From an uncultured bacterium (lineage in GTDB: Bacteria; Fidelibacterota; UBA2242), in NCBI GenBank assembly GCA_964588795.1, contig CAZPQN010000005.1, forward strand, positions 11,109 through 75,108: 64,000 nt of DNA, in the 5' to 3' direction. Each line of letters opens with the position of its first letter. Position 1 is the first letter of the stretch. Below, piece by piece: positions 18,524 to 28,396 of the stretch. Position numbers and translations under genes: made by a program. The notes beneath the pieces were generated by a model, which ran no database searches, had not been told where the DNA came from, and was given only the letters and a program-made list of their open reading frames with translations.

Positions 18524-20725
18524 TCACTTTTCCGTGGCAGTCAGGAAAAATAGCAGTGTCCCAACCGTAAGAATCAACAGTCTAACCAGCGGAATCCCCC
18601 AGACCGGGATTAAAAACACCGAAGTAAGGTAAACTCCCGCACAGGCACCGATGATGTCCCAGGCATATAATTTTCCGGCCGTGGGAACGGTGGCTCCCGG
18701 TTTTGACTCCTCGATGCGACGCGCCAGAAATGGTAACGTCACTCCGGCGACTACTCCCGCCGCAAATAGTAAAAAGTACAGCATTCCCGCCGTGGAGCGG
18801 GCCGAAAGTGGAAGATAGCCCGGCAGACATAAAATTATGGACAACAACAGCAGGGTTAAAAAGATATGCCTGACTGTGAGCTTGCGTAACGCCTTAACTT
18901 TAAGTTCCAAGAGCGCCCCACTGCCTGAACCCACCATAAAACACAGCATCAGCATTACCATGCGTAAATACAGACCGCCCACGTAGATCTGGAACAGAAT
19001 CAGGGACGTGGTTTCAATTGCCATCACGATAAAACCTACCATCAACATGTAGAACGGCCACACCGCCCGGTGATTCTTCTGGTGTCTTAACCACCACAGA
19101 ACCAAAATTACAGCGATAAAGATAGTCAACAGGAAGCAGATACTGGGAATCTGCCATAGCTTCTGATAGATATTTTTAATCCATCCGCCGGTTTGCTGGT
19201 CCCATAAAATCGTGTCGTAATAAAATCCGATCGGAGCCAAAAAAGTATTAATCTCCAAAGCTGATTCACGGGCAATCTGTTCGGTCAGAAAAGCGACTTT
19301 AGCAACTGACACCCGGTCACGCAGAAAATGATCTGAAACGTACCGGTTGCTGATCCCAGTGTGACGCAGGCGATCGGTGAAAAATTTATAATCATTATGC
19401 AGAACCCGATCCGCGGCCAATAGATGCACGGTCAGACCGGGAATCCAGGTCGTTTGGGCGAAGACTCGCTGGACGCTGTTCTGGATAATCTTGAAAAAAG
19501 TGACGGCTTCAGCGACTAAATACTCTTCACCACCCGGAAAACTCAAAGCCATGACACCATCGCTGACCAAACGCCTGCGGACCAGATTAAAAAACTCGAC
19601 CGAATAGTACCGATTCCACTGCGCATTGACCGGCAGAGGGATATTAAGCAGCACCACATCGAAGGTGTCAGGATTATCAAGAAGATAATAGTAGGGATCG
19701 GCGATATGCTTTTCGACTAAGCTGTCAGTGGGCTGGCTGAACCGGTCAAGGGTCTCCTGTAAAACACGATCGGCGTGCAGAACGGAAATTTGCTGCACTG
19801 ATCGATACTTGTAGATTTCCCGATATAGTTCTGCATAACCCGGTCCGATAATCAGTACCTTACGCGGCTGAGAGTGATTCAGCAGTGCAAAGTGAACAAG
19901 CTCCTCGGCGCGGGCGACATCACCAGCCACCCATAAGGGTTGACTATCCCCGTAGAGAGCCTGATTATCGGTATATTCAACCGTCGTCAGTGACAGATAA
20001 GGTGACTCCCGGAATTCTACGACCCTAAACGGCCGCCATTTCAAGGCATTGAGTCGCTTAGGAAAGCGGTACATTAATCCCGCAATGAGAACGAGCATCA
20101 GATACAAAACAATTTTTATCGGTCGGGAACTGCCCCAGAACCAGACGCTACCTACGGCCATCGCCCAGACTGCCAGGCCCAAAATAAACAGGGTAGTCAA
20201 ACCACTCCACAGTAAGAGTGCGAACAACAGGCTACCGATCGCCGCTCCAAACATTTCAGCGATGTAGGTGAAGTGAATTGCCGATAAGCCGGTTTGGGTT
20301 TTCGACCAGGCAACCATCAGGGGAAAAAACAGGCCATTCAATAGACAGGGCCAAATGAAAACCATCAAGGTCCATCGAAAAATTGTCGCATTACCGACCA
20401 ATGCACTGGTACCGATGCCACTAATCTGGCGCACCATGAAGAGAAGCCCAGCAAAACCAAGTAAGGCCAACAGATAGACCGGGATTACCACGCGTAGTTG
20501 CTTGGCAGGATTTGCCGCAGTAAATAGTCGCCCGCCGAGCAGACTACCGATTCCAGTCCATAACAGCCAGTGACCAAGCGCAATGCACACGGTTAGCTCA
20601 TTACCATGAAAAGACTGGACTGCAATTCTTAAAAATGCCAATTGCCCAACCATGGATAGCAGACCAATTCCCGCGACGCACAGCCCACTTTGGAGTCTTG
20701 CTCTGCTTGTGGTCAGGCTACTCAT
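18524..20725 (-). CDS. Fused polytopic membrane / spermidine-synthase-like (aminopropyltransferase fold) protein
   Basis: 733 aa. About 7 N-terminal TM helices, a central soluble domain with VLIIGPGYAELYREI and a class I methyltransferase/SpeE-like layout, then about 6 C-terminal TM helices. Confidence 0.7.
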   Translation of the reverse strand: MSSLTTSRARLQSGLCVAGIGLLSMVGQLAFLRIAVQSFHGNELTVCIALGHWLLWTGIGSLLGGRLFTAANPAKQLRVVIPVYLLALLGFAGLLFMVRQISGIGTSALVGNATIFRWTLMVFIWPCLLNGLFFPLMVAWSKTQTGLSAIHFTYIAEMFGAAIGSLLFALLLWSGLTTLFILGLAVWAMAVGSVWFWGSSRPIKIVLYLMLVLIAGLMYRFPKRLNALKWRPFRVVEFRESPYLSLTTVEYTDNQALYGDSQPLWVAGDVARAEELVHFALLNHSQPRKVLIIGPGYAELYREIYKYRSVQQISVLHADRVLQETLDRFSQPTDSLVEKHIADPYYYLLDNPDTFDVVLLNIPLPVNAQWNRYYSVEFFNLVRRRLVSDGVMALSFPGGEEYLVAEAVTFFKIIQNSVQRVFAQTTWIPGLTVHLLAADRVLHNDYKFFTDRLRHTGISNRYVSDHFLRDRVSVAKVAFLTEQIARESALEINTFLAPIGFYYDTILWDQQTGGWIKNIYQKLWQIPSICFLLTIFIAVILVLWWLRHQKNHRAVWPFYMLMVGFIVMAIETTSLILFQIYVGGLYLRMVMLMLCFMVGSGSGALLELKVKALRKLTVRHIFLTLLLLSIILCLPGYLPLSARSTAGMLYFLLFAAGVVAGVTLPFLARRIEESKPGATVPTAGKLYAWDIIGACAGVYLTSVFLIPVWGIPLVRLLILTVGTLLFFLTATEK

Positions 20726-20737
20726 TTGCAGATTAAG

Positions 20738-21568
20738 TTACTGGGCTAATTGGACGCGCCCCGGCGCCCAGGCCACCCGAAACCCGAGAAAACTCAGGCG
20801 GGCGACAGGCATATAGCGCATACGATGTGAAGTATGCAGGGTTTCCGTTCCGTGATACCAGCTGCCTCCGCGAATGACCTTGAACATACTCGCCGCAGGA
20901 CCGGTGGGCTCGACCATCGTGGAATTTTCGTAGTAATCGCTCTTGTAGTAATCCTGGCACCATTCATAAACATTACCCGACATATCAAACAAACCGAGTA
21001 AGTTCGGCGGGAAGCTGGCTACGGGGGCAGCCTTTTTCCACTTATCTTTCTTTTCTACTCCGGAGTAGTTCGCCATGGAATGGTCCATTTCCTCACCGGA
21101 GGGATACTTCATTACCAGACCTCCCGAGCGGGCGGCATATTCCCACTGGGCTTCGGTGGGCAGACTGCCACCCACAAACTGGCAGAATTCGTTGGCTTCA
21201 TACCAGGTCACAAATACTACCGGATAGGAATCGTCGGCATAGTCTTCCTGTTCCGGCATCGCTTTGCCCGTCAGTCGACAATAATTTTTATACTGACCGA
21301 TCGTCACTTCTGTCAATCCCAAATAGAAATCAGAAAGGGTTACGCTATGGACCGGTGTCTCATCATCCTTCCCTTCTCCAAAGTGCTCACCCATGTCAAA
21401 CGTGCCGCCTTTCACAAACAGCGCGGGTATTCCGATGCGGCTGATTTTAACCACGTTGAGCCTGGTATCCTCACTTTTACGTACGGGTTCCGGAGTGCGG
21501 GCCAGCAAAGCCGTCAGCAGAACGACACCCAGGAATCCGACCGCTTTTTTAATTTCTCCACCGCTCAT
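20738..21568 (-). CDS. FGE-sulfatase-fold (SUMF1/EgtB/PvdO family) protein, membrane anchored
   Basis: N-terminal TM anchor, then VTWYEANEFCQ, TEAQWEYAARSG, GNVYEWCQDYY and RGGSWYH. The Cys pair of true formylglycine-generating enzymes is absent after RGGSW. Confidence 0.75.
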   Translation of the reverse strand: MSGGEIKKAVGFLGVVLLTALLARTPEPVRKSEDTRLNVVKISRIGIPALFVKGGTFDMGEHFGEGKDDETPVHSVTLSDFYLGLTEVTIGQYKNYCRLTGKAMPEQEDYADDSYPVVFVTWYEANEFCQFVGGSLPTEAQWEYAARSGGLVMKYPSGEEMDHSMANYSGVEKKDKWKKAAPVASFPPNLLGLFDMSGNVYEWCQDYYKSDYYENSTMVEPTGPAASMFKVIRGGSWYHGTETLHTSHRMRYMPVARLSFLGFRVAWAPGRVQLAQ

Positions 21569-21748
21569 CGATTGTACTCTTCAATTCCCAATCCCAGCTT
21601 GAAAGTAATTAAGCAGGTACATTTTATCAAGCTATTTTTTTTCTGCCGACAACTCGCGACCCCTGCTCTGCAAATTTTTATAACATTTGAGTGCAAAGAA
21701 TATTAAAATTGCCAGTGGTTCGCAAGTAGATGAAAGGAAAAAAACAAA

Positions 21749-24277
21749 ATGCGCACAACTCCTACCCGGCCGGGTATCCGCGCCCTGCCGCTGGTCATTG
21801 CCGGAGCGATCCTGATAGTTTTAATAGGGTGCAGAGGTGATATGTCAAGCCTGATCGTTCATTATCATCGCTACGATAATCAATATGCCGGCTGGAGTTT
21901 GTGGACCTGGCTCGATCAGGTCTCGCTCGATGCCCCGGCTTTTAAGCAAGATGGGTTCGGGCTGGTTTTCAAAATCGAGCTAAAAGAATATCCGCCCAAA
22001 GGCAACATCGGGCTGTTACCCAAACGGGGGAACTGGCTTGAAAAAGACGATCCCAACCGTTTCTGGAGTCGCAATCTGCCCGGTGAAATCTGGATCTTAC
22101 AGGGTGACGAAAAACTGTACCTAACCCAGCCAGATACACAACCTATCATCCGGCAGGCATTTCTTGATAGTCCCACGGAAGTGCTATTAGTCTTTTCGCA
22201 TCCGGTCGTTAAGCAGATTGTTCCCCGCCTCAATCCCATCATTACCCTGTCAAATACAGTAAAAATTCAACCGATAAAAGTGCAACTCATGCCTGCCAAT
22301 GCTGATTCTTCGAATCTTATCCGGCTCATTACTTCCACGCCGCTCGACCCGGCCCATCTGCCCGCCGAGGTGCAAGCGGCGGATTTCGAACCGTGTCCCA
22401 TTCAATTGCGACGGATATTAGATTCACCAAAGTATGTCAGCAACGTTCCACTGGGCGCTTTTTACACTCCAAAAGCAACGCGTTTTGCCGTTTTTGCCCC
22501 GGGCGCAACAGCCGTTCACCTGCAGCTGTACACTCGACCCAAGGGGGGACGTCCCCGTTCTGTACCCCTTCAGCAAATGAAAACCGGCATCTGGTCAGCG
22601 ACGGTTGCAGGTGACCTCAAAGGTCAGTATTATGTCTATACCGTCGCCGGTCCGGATCCGGCTTACGTACCCGACCAGGAAGTCATTGATCCTTATGCCC
22701 GTTGTGTCACAACCCACGACGGACGTGCCCTAATCTTCCACGATGAAACACCGGTGGCCGATTCGCCGGTCTTTCCCATTCAGGATGCTATCATTTACGA
22801 AATCCACGTCCGCGATTTCACCATCAGTGAAAACTCCGGCATGCGTTACAAAGGCAAATACCTTGGTTTCGCCGAGGAAGGTACGCGTCTGCCCGGCACC
22901 GATTTGTCCACGGGTCTCGATCATCTAACCGAGCTGGGAATTAACACCGTTCAGCTGTTGCCAGTCCAGGATTTTGAGCACGATAATCAGACTAACAGCT
23001 ACTTCTGGGGTTACATGACAGTCAATTTCAATTCCCCGGATGGTTGGTACACTACCAATGAAGACGACGCCAGCCGTATCGCAGAATTCAAGCAGATGAT
23101 TTCCAAACTGCACCAGCGCGGAATCAAGGTCATTCTCGATGTCGTTTACAATCATACCGCGGAGACCAATCCACATGTCCGGTACAATTTCAACGGGCTG
23201 GTGCCCAATTTTTACTATCGCCAAAAACCCGATGGAAGCTACTGGAACGGATCCGGGTGCGGGAACGAGGTGCGGTCCGAACAACCGATGGTGCGACGTT
23301 TCATCCTGGAATCGCTCAAGTACTGGGTCGAAACCTTCAAAGTAGATGGTTTTCGCTTTGACCTGATGGGATTGATTGACCTCGCCACCCTGCAGACGAT
23401 TGTCCGTGAACTACGGGCGATCAAACCGGACATCTTCCTGTACGGTGAACCTTGGACCGCCGGCGAAACCCCGATTCGTCCCACCGTCAAAGGGCACCAG
23501 CGCGGAGAAGGCTTTGCGGTTTTCAACGACAATTTCCGTGACGCGCTGAAGGGTCCGTGGTACAACACCGAGCCGGGTTACGTCCAGACGGGCAAAAACG
23601 TCGAACAGGTCAAGAAGGGCATTATGGGCAGTATCACCGATTTCGCCGACTCCCCAACCGAAGTAATCAACTACGTTTCCTGTCATGACGGACGCACGCT
23701 CTGGGACCTACTGGTAGCTTCGACCAGCGGTATGGGATTGCATACCGATACCGAATTAAAGGCGATGGATAAATTAGCCGCGTTTATTATCTTTACCTCC
23801 CAGGGCATTCCATTTATGCAGGGTGGCGAAGAATTCCTAAGAACCAAATTCGGGTCGCATAACAGCTACAACCAGCCGGATAAAATCAACAAAATCCGCT
23901 GGGACTACAAACAGGAAAACTACGATATTTTTCAGTACTACAAAGGTCTGATTGCTCTGCGCCAGACCCACCCCATGTTCCGCCTCACCGATGCACTTGA
24001 GATCAAACGCAATCTCACCTTTTTAGAACAATTGGGCTACGCGGTACCCGAACACTGTATCGCTTATCGTTTGCAACGGGGCACCTGTCAGGATAAATGG
24101 CGTGAGGTGCTGATCCTGATCAATCCCAATCGTGAATCCGTGACCTTTAAATTCCCGAAAAATAAATGGATTCTGGCGGTTGACCATACTCAGGTAAGAA
24201 GTGACATTATTGCGCCGGTTAATGCCAGTTTTCTGTCAGTTAAACCGATTTCTGCGGTGCTGATGTATCGTTTGTAA
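21749..24277 (+). CDS. pulA: Type I pullulanase (GH13) lipoprotein
   Basis: Lipobox LIGC. GH13 regions DVVYNHT, GFRFDLMG, YGEPW and YVSCHD. The N-terminus has carbohydrate-binding-like modules (YHRYDNQYAGWSLWTW). Confidence 0.88.
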   Translation: MRTTPTRPGIRALPLVIAGAILIVLIGCRGDMSSLIVHYHRYDNQYAGWSLWTWLDQVSLDAPAFKQDGFGLVFKIELKEYPPKGNIGLLPKRGNWLEKDDPNRFWSRNLPGEIWILQGDEKLYLTQPDTQPIIRQAFLDSPTEVLLVFSHPVVKQIVPRLNPIITLSNTVKIQPIKVQLMPANADSSNLIRLITSTPLDPAHLPAEVQAADFEPCPIQLRRILDSPKYVSNVPLGAFYTPKATRFAVFAPGATAVHLQLYTRPKGGRPRSVPLQQMKTGIWSATVAGDLKGQYYVYTVAGPDPAYVPDQEVIDPYARCVTTHDGRALIFHDETPVADSPVFPIQDAIIYEIHVRDFTISENSGMRYKGKYLGFAEEGTRLPGTDLSTGLDHLTELGINTVQLLPVQDFEHDNQTNSYFWGYMTVNFNSPDGWYTTNEDDASRIAEFKQMISKLHQRGIKVILDVVYNHTAETNPHVRYNFNGLVPNFYYRQKPDGSYWNGSGCGNEVRSEQPMVRRFILESLKYWVETFKVDGFRFDLMGLIDLATLQTIVRELRAIKPDIFLYGEPWTAGETPIRPTVKGHQRGEGFAVFNDNFRDALKGPWYNTEPGYVQTGKNVEQVKKGIMGSITDFADSPTEVINYVSCHDGRTLWDLLVASTSGMGLHTDTELKAMDKLAAFIIFTSQGIPFMQGGEEFLRTKFGSHNSYNQPDKINKIRWDYKQENYDIFQYYKGLIALRQTHPMFRLTDALEIKRNLTFLEQLGYAVPEHCIAYRLQRGTCQDKWREVLILINPNRESVTFKFPKNKWILAVDHTQVRSDIIAPVNASFLSVKPISAVLMYRL

Positions 24278-24305
24278 TCTGGTGCATATCATTGCTGAGG
24301 TACGC

Positions 24306-26711
24306 ATGTTAACTAAAAACTCATTGATCGCCTGGCTGATTTTTACCGGTCTGCTCAGCTTTGGTGGCTGGAATGCCTGTTCACGGGCTTATGAACAGTT
24401 CAAGCCACCGGAACTGATCGAATTCATCACTATTCCGAGCGGAAAAAGTACCACCATTTATCTTGATGAAGTCTTTTACGCCAGGAAATACCGACCAGTA
24501 TTCAATCCCAATGCCTCAATCCAGTTAGTCTATCAGGCGGATTCCAACAAAGTGATTCTGACCCCCATCGAGAGCTTTGCCGGGCTGAGTCTGATTGAAT
24601 TCAGCAACGACGACGATAACTACGTTCTGCCGGTAATCGTCAAGGCCAAGATTCCGGTGCTTTTCTCGCATAAACCCCTGAAAGTACCGCAACAGATTTT
24701 TGTCATGGGCAATTTTAATAACTGGAACCGTACTTCCCTGCCGATGTCAGACGACGACGGCGATGGGGTCTATACCCGCGAAGTCCTGCTGGATGACGGA
24801 GCCTATGAGTACCAGTTCGTCATTGATAAAACCGAAATCTTCGACCCGGCCAATCCTCTGAAAGTTGATAATGGATTCGGCTACTTCAACTCGGTCGTCC
24901 ACGTGGAGGCACCTTACGCCGGATCGATTATTAATCTTTACTATACCCCAATGACGAAGCGGGACACCCTGACACTGACACTCGACGTCACGGCAGATTC
25001 CACCAACTGTAAATTGGTAGCTTTGCTGGATAACCAGCTCTACCCGGCCGAATACTACAAAATTACCAACAATCGGGTCGCGGTTGATCTCCAACCACTA
25101 CAGAATGATCCGGCCCTGCACGTGCTCAGGTTAACCATGACCTATAAATTCCAACCCGGTAATGTCGTGACCGTCTGGCTCAAAAAGGGCGCACCGCTGG
25201 AAAATAAGCATTTCATCTGGAATGATGCCCTCATCTACGCCATTATGATTGATCGTTTTGTCAACGGCGACCGGCGCAATGATCGTCCGATTGTGCATCC
25301 CGAGCTGGATCAACGCGCCAATTTCCAGGGCGGCGATTTCGCTGGCCTCAACCGTATCATCGCCAGCGGTTATTTTGACACTCTGGGAGTAAATACCCTT
25401 TGGCTCTCTCCGGTCAATCAGACCACTGACAGCGCTTACCGCGAATGGCCCGAGCCGCACCGTTTTTTCTCCGGCTACCACGGCTACTGGCCAGTACATG
25501 AAAAAAGAACCGAACCACGCTTCGGAACGGTTGATGAATTTAAAAAACTAGTGCAAACAGCCCACAAACACAATTTGCTAGTCTTGTTAGATTTCATCTC
25601 CAATCACGTCCATCGCGAGCACCATTTCTTCCGTGAACATCGCGACTGGTTCGGGCAGCTGGAATTACCGGATGGTAGCCTGAATATCCGGCGCTGGGAC
25701 GAATATCGCCTGACCACCTGGTTCGACACTTTCATTCCTTCCTTCGATTTTGAACGATCGGATGCGGCGGTCGAGGTCATGACTGACAACGCCATCTGGT
25801 GGCTGAAGAAGGCCGGATTGGATGGCTTCCGGCATGACGCCGTCAAACATGTCCCGCCTAAATTCTGGAAAACACTGACCAGAAAAATCAAAACCCGCCT
25901 CAATCCGCACCGGGAGATCAATCTTTACCAGATTGGCGAAACCTTTGGAAGTAACGATCTCATCAAATCCTACGTGAACAACGGAATGCTCGAATCCCAG
26001 TTCAATTTCAATCAGTTTTTCACGGCGCGCCGCGTTTTCGTGGAAGCCAGCGGTGATTTCCGCGACCTGCAGTTATCGCAAAAAAAAGCGCTGGAGGTTT
26101 TCGGTTATAATCACCTGATGGGCAATATCATGGACAGTCACGACCAGGTCCGGATGCTGGCATTCTTTGACGGCGACCTGACCCTCGCTGATAATGGCAC
26201 TGAACGCGCCTGGCGCGAACCCCCGATAACCGTTGACCAGCCGACGGCTTACCAAAAAGCCCTGGTCTATTTAGGCTACCTGCTGACAGTACCCGGCGTG
26301 CCGGTCATTAACTACGGCGATGAATTCGGTATGACCGGCGCCAACGATCCCGACAACCGGCGCATGATGCGGTTTGGGACGCAGCTCAGCTCCGCCGAAC
26401 AAGCTCAACTCGTCCGGGTCACCGAATTAACGCGACTGCGTGCTCGCTTTCCGGCTCTGCGCCGCGGCGATTTTTTAACCCTCTGGTGCGAAAAGGACAT
26501 TTTTATTTACAGCCGGGGTGACGCTTTCGACCGCCTGATCGTCGCCCTGAATAAAAGTAGTCAGGAACGTTTTTTGGAAATTACCCTGCCGGACTGGTTC
26601 AACGCTCAATCATTGCACGGCTTAAATGAGGCTAGGCGGCCGATGCTGAACGCCGGCAATTGCCGGTTCGAGCTACCCGCGTATTCTGTCCAAATCTGGA
26701 AAGTACAGTGA
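24306..26711 (+). CDS. GH13 alpha-amylase family protein with CBM48/E-set-like module, probable lipoprotein
   Basis: ATG at 24306 follows GAGG; the track ORF starts at GTG 24282. Motifs seen: GWNAC lipobox, VMGNFNNWN...YEYQFVID, DRFVNGD, DFISNHV, DGFRHDAVKHV, IGETF and MDSHD. Confidence 0.85.
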   Translation: MLTKNSLIAWLIFTGLLSFGGWNACSRAYEQFKPPELIEFITIPSGKSTTIYLDEVFYARKYRPVFNPNASIQLVYQADSNKVILTPIESFAGLSLIEFSNDDDNYVLPVIVKAKIPVLFSHKPLKVPQQIFVMGNFNNWNRTSLPMSDDDGDGVYTREVLLDDGAYEYQFVIDKTEIFDPANPLKVDNGFGYFNSVVHVEAPYAGSIINLYYTPMTKRDTLTLTLDVTADSTNCKLVALLDNQLYPAEYYKITNNRVAVDLQPLQNDPALHVLRLTMTYKFQPGNVVTVWLKKGAPLENKHFIWNDALIYAIMIDRFVNGDRRNDRPIVHPELDQRANFQGGDFAGLNRIIASGYFDTLGVNTLWLSPVNQTTDSAYREWPEPHRFFSGYHGYWPVHEKRTEPRFGTVDEFKKLVQTAHKHNLLVLLDFISNHVHREHHFFREHRDWFGQLELPDGSLNIRRWDEYRLTTWFDTFIPSFDFERSDAAVEVMTDNAIWWLKKAGLDGFRHDAVKHVPPKFWKTLTRKIKTRLNPHREINLYQIGETFGSNDLIKSYVNNGMLESQFNFNQFFTARRVFVEASGDFRDLQLSQKKALEVFGYNHLMGNIMDSHDQVRMLAFFDGDLTLADNGTERAWREPPITVDQPTAYQKALVYLGYLLTVPGVPVINYGDEFGMTGANDPDNRRMMRFGTQLSSAEQAQLVRVTELTRLRARFPALRRGDFLTLWCEKDIFIYSRGDAFDRLIVALNKSSQERFLEITLPDWFNAQSLHGLNEARRPMLNAGNCRFELPAYSVQIWKVQ

Positions 26712-28384
26712 AAAGCAGATGCTCATTAATGCTCTTTCTTGCAGGGCCGGCTTTAGTCTTGGCCCAATTTACGACCATTAATTGGTCGGAGATCAGCGGT
26801 AATTTCACCCTTCCGGCTAATGTGCGGTTGTTCAAAGGCGAGCGGCTGAATCCCTCGCCGCTGAAAATCTATTACTTCAGCGTAGACCTGAACGATAACC
26901 GATTAGCGGTACGACCTTATCTCACCACCGCGCCCGCGCCCCTGACTACTCTGACCACGCGCTTTGGATCTGTGGCGGCGGTCAACGGCGGATTTTTCAG
27001 TGGGACTACTGCGGTCTCGGCGGTTGTCTATCCTGGAGAAGTCAAAGCGCAGAACATCGCGGCAGTCACCCGCAACAGCCAGTCATATCCGGTCGTCAGG
27101 AGTTTTTTTAGTTTGGATACGACTTTTCAACCAGCGGTCAGCTGGATTTACCACTTCGGTAATACTATTGAATCAATCTACGGCTACCCCGCCCCATTGG
27201 CCTACCTTTACAATGATCCGACTCCCAGGTCAGCTCCATCGCCAACCGGAGGAACGCCGTTGTCAGACCTGTTAACCGGAATTGGCGGTGCTCCCACCTT
27301 ACTGAAAAATGGTCAAACGTACATTACTTATAACGAAGAACTCATGTGGGGTTCAGGTGTAGGTTTATCCAATAACGATCCTCGCACCGCGGTGGGTTAT
27401 ACTGCTGATCGCCAGGTTATTCTGCTGGTAGCGGACGGCCGGCAGGCAGGATTCAGTGATGGCGTTAGTCTTCCGGAACTGGCCGAAATCATGGCCAGCC
27501 TCGGCTGTGTGGAAGCAATGAATTTGGATGGTGGCGGCTCGACGCAAATGGCGGTCGGTAACCAGTATGTCAATTCGCCTTCGGAGATGCGTTCAATTCC
27601 CAGCCTGTTAGCTATTGTCCCACGCGACTCGGTACGCCGGCCTGTCAGTCAAAGCCATTCCGTCATCCTTGATACCGGCGATCCGGCTTGTCAGCTACTC
27701 GGCAGCGGCTGGTTTGCGAGTGCCAATGCTGGTTATTACGGAACGACTCCGGCCATGCTGAACACCATCGGCAATGGCGACAAACAGGCGATTTTCAATA
27801 CCTCCCTCGAAAGATCGACGCTCTGCCAGGTATATGTCTGGTGGGTAGCCGCTTCCAATCGTTGTAAGAATACGCCGATAGTAGTCGTCCACGCCTCGGG
27901 ACGCGACACGATACGCGTTGACCAAACCCAGCATCACGCCCAGTGGGTGTCGGTCGGAACATATCTTTTTGGGAATGATCCGGAACATAAAGTGATCATC
28001 TCCAATGCGGGTACGATCGGCACCTATATTGTAGCTGATGCCATCAAACTGACCAGCTCTGAAGCAATCCAAATCACTAGCATTAAAAAATCGGACAAAC
28101 CGGATCAGATTGAGCCTGAACTACTTGTTTTGGCTCAAAATTATCCCAATCCTTTCAACCACACGACTCGAATCGAATTTCAGCTCCGACAGCAATCCGT
28201 GGTGAGTTTGCAGGTTTTCGATATTCATGGACATCAGGTAAGCACTCCAATTCACAATCGGCTCTATTCTGCCGGACGCCACGCCGCCGTCATCGATGGC
28301 AACGATTTGACCAGTGGTGTTTATTTCTACCGCCTGGAGGCCGGGCAATCTGCCAGTTTACGCAAAATGATACATCTGAAATAA
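26708..28384 (+). CDS. Phosphodiester glycosidase (DUF2233/NAGPA-like) with T9SS C-terminal sorting domain
   Basis: AAVNGGFF, DPRTAVGYT and MNLDGGGS. The C-terminus LAQNYPNPFNHTTRIEFQL...SGVYFYRLEAG...KMIHLK is a classic Por/T9SS CTD. The start is uncertain: GTG 26708 gives the K/R-containing signal peptide VKSRCSLMLFLAGPALVLAQ, and ATG 26729 is the alternative. Confidence 0.8.
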   Translation: MKSRCSLMLFLAGPALVLAQFTTINWSEISGNFTLPANVRLFKGERLNPSPLKIYYFSVDLNDNRLAVRPYLTTAPAPLTTLTTRFGSVAAVNGGFFSGTTAVSAVVYPGEVKAQNIAAVTRNSQSYPVVRSFFSLDTTFQPAVSWIYHFGNTIESIYGYPAPLAYLYNDPTPRSAPSPTGGTPLSDLLTGIGGAPTLLKNGQTYITYNEELMWGSGVGLSNNDPRTAVGYTADRQVILLVADGRQAGFSDGVSLPELAEIMASLGCVEAMNLDGGGSTQMAVGNQYVNSPSEMRSIPSLLAIVPRDSVRRPVSQSHSVILDTGDPACQLLGSGWFASANAGYYGTTPAMLNTIGNGDKQAIFNTSLERSTLCQVYVWWVAASNRCKNTPIVVVHASGRDTIRVDQTQHHAQWVSVGTYLFGNDPEHKVIISNAGTIGTYIVADAIKLTSSEAIQITSIKKSDKPDQIEPELLVLAQNYPNPFNHTTRIEFQLRQQSVVSLQVFDIHGHQVSTPIHNRLYSAGRHAAVIDGNDLTSGVYFYRLEAGQSASLRKMIHLK

Positions 28385-28396
28385 TCCGGAGAAAAA

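Noticed and set aside
20738-21568. Bona fide formylglycine-generating enzyme (sulfatase maturase)
   Set aside because: The cysteine pair expected after the RGGS(F/W) motif is missing, and no sulfatase gene is nearby. It is therefore annotated only as an FGE-fold protein.
21569-21748. Bacteroidota-type -7 promoter element (TAnnTTTG) in the divergent intergenic region
   Set aside because: Only imperfect matches were seen, for example TAACATTTG with wrong spacing. No confident call is possible by eye.
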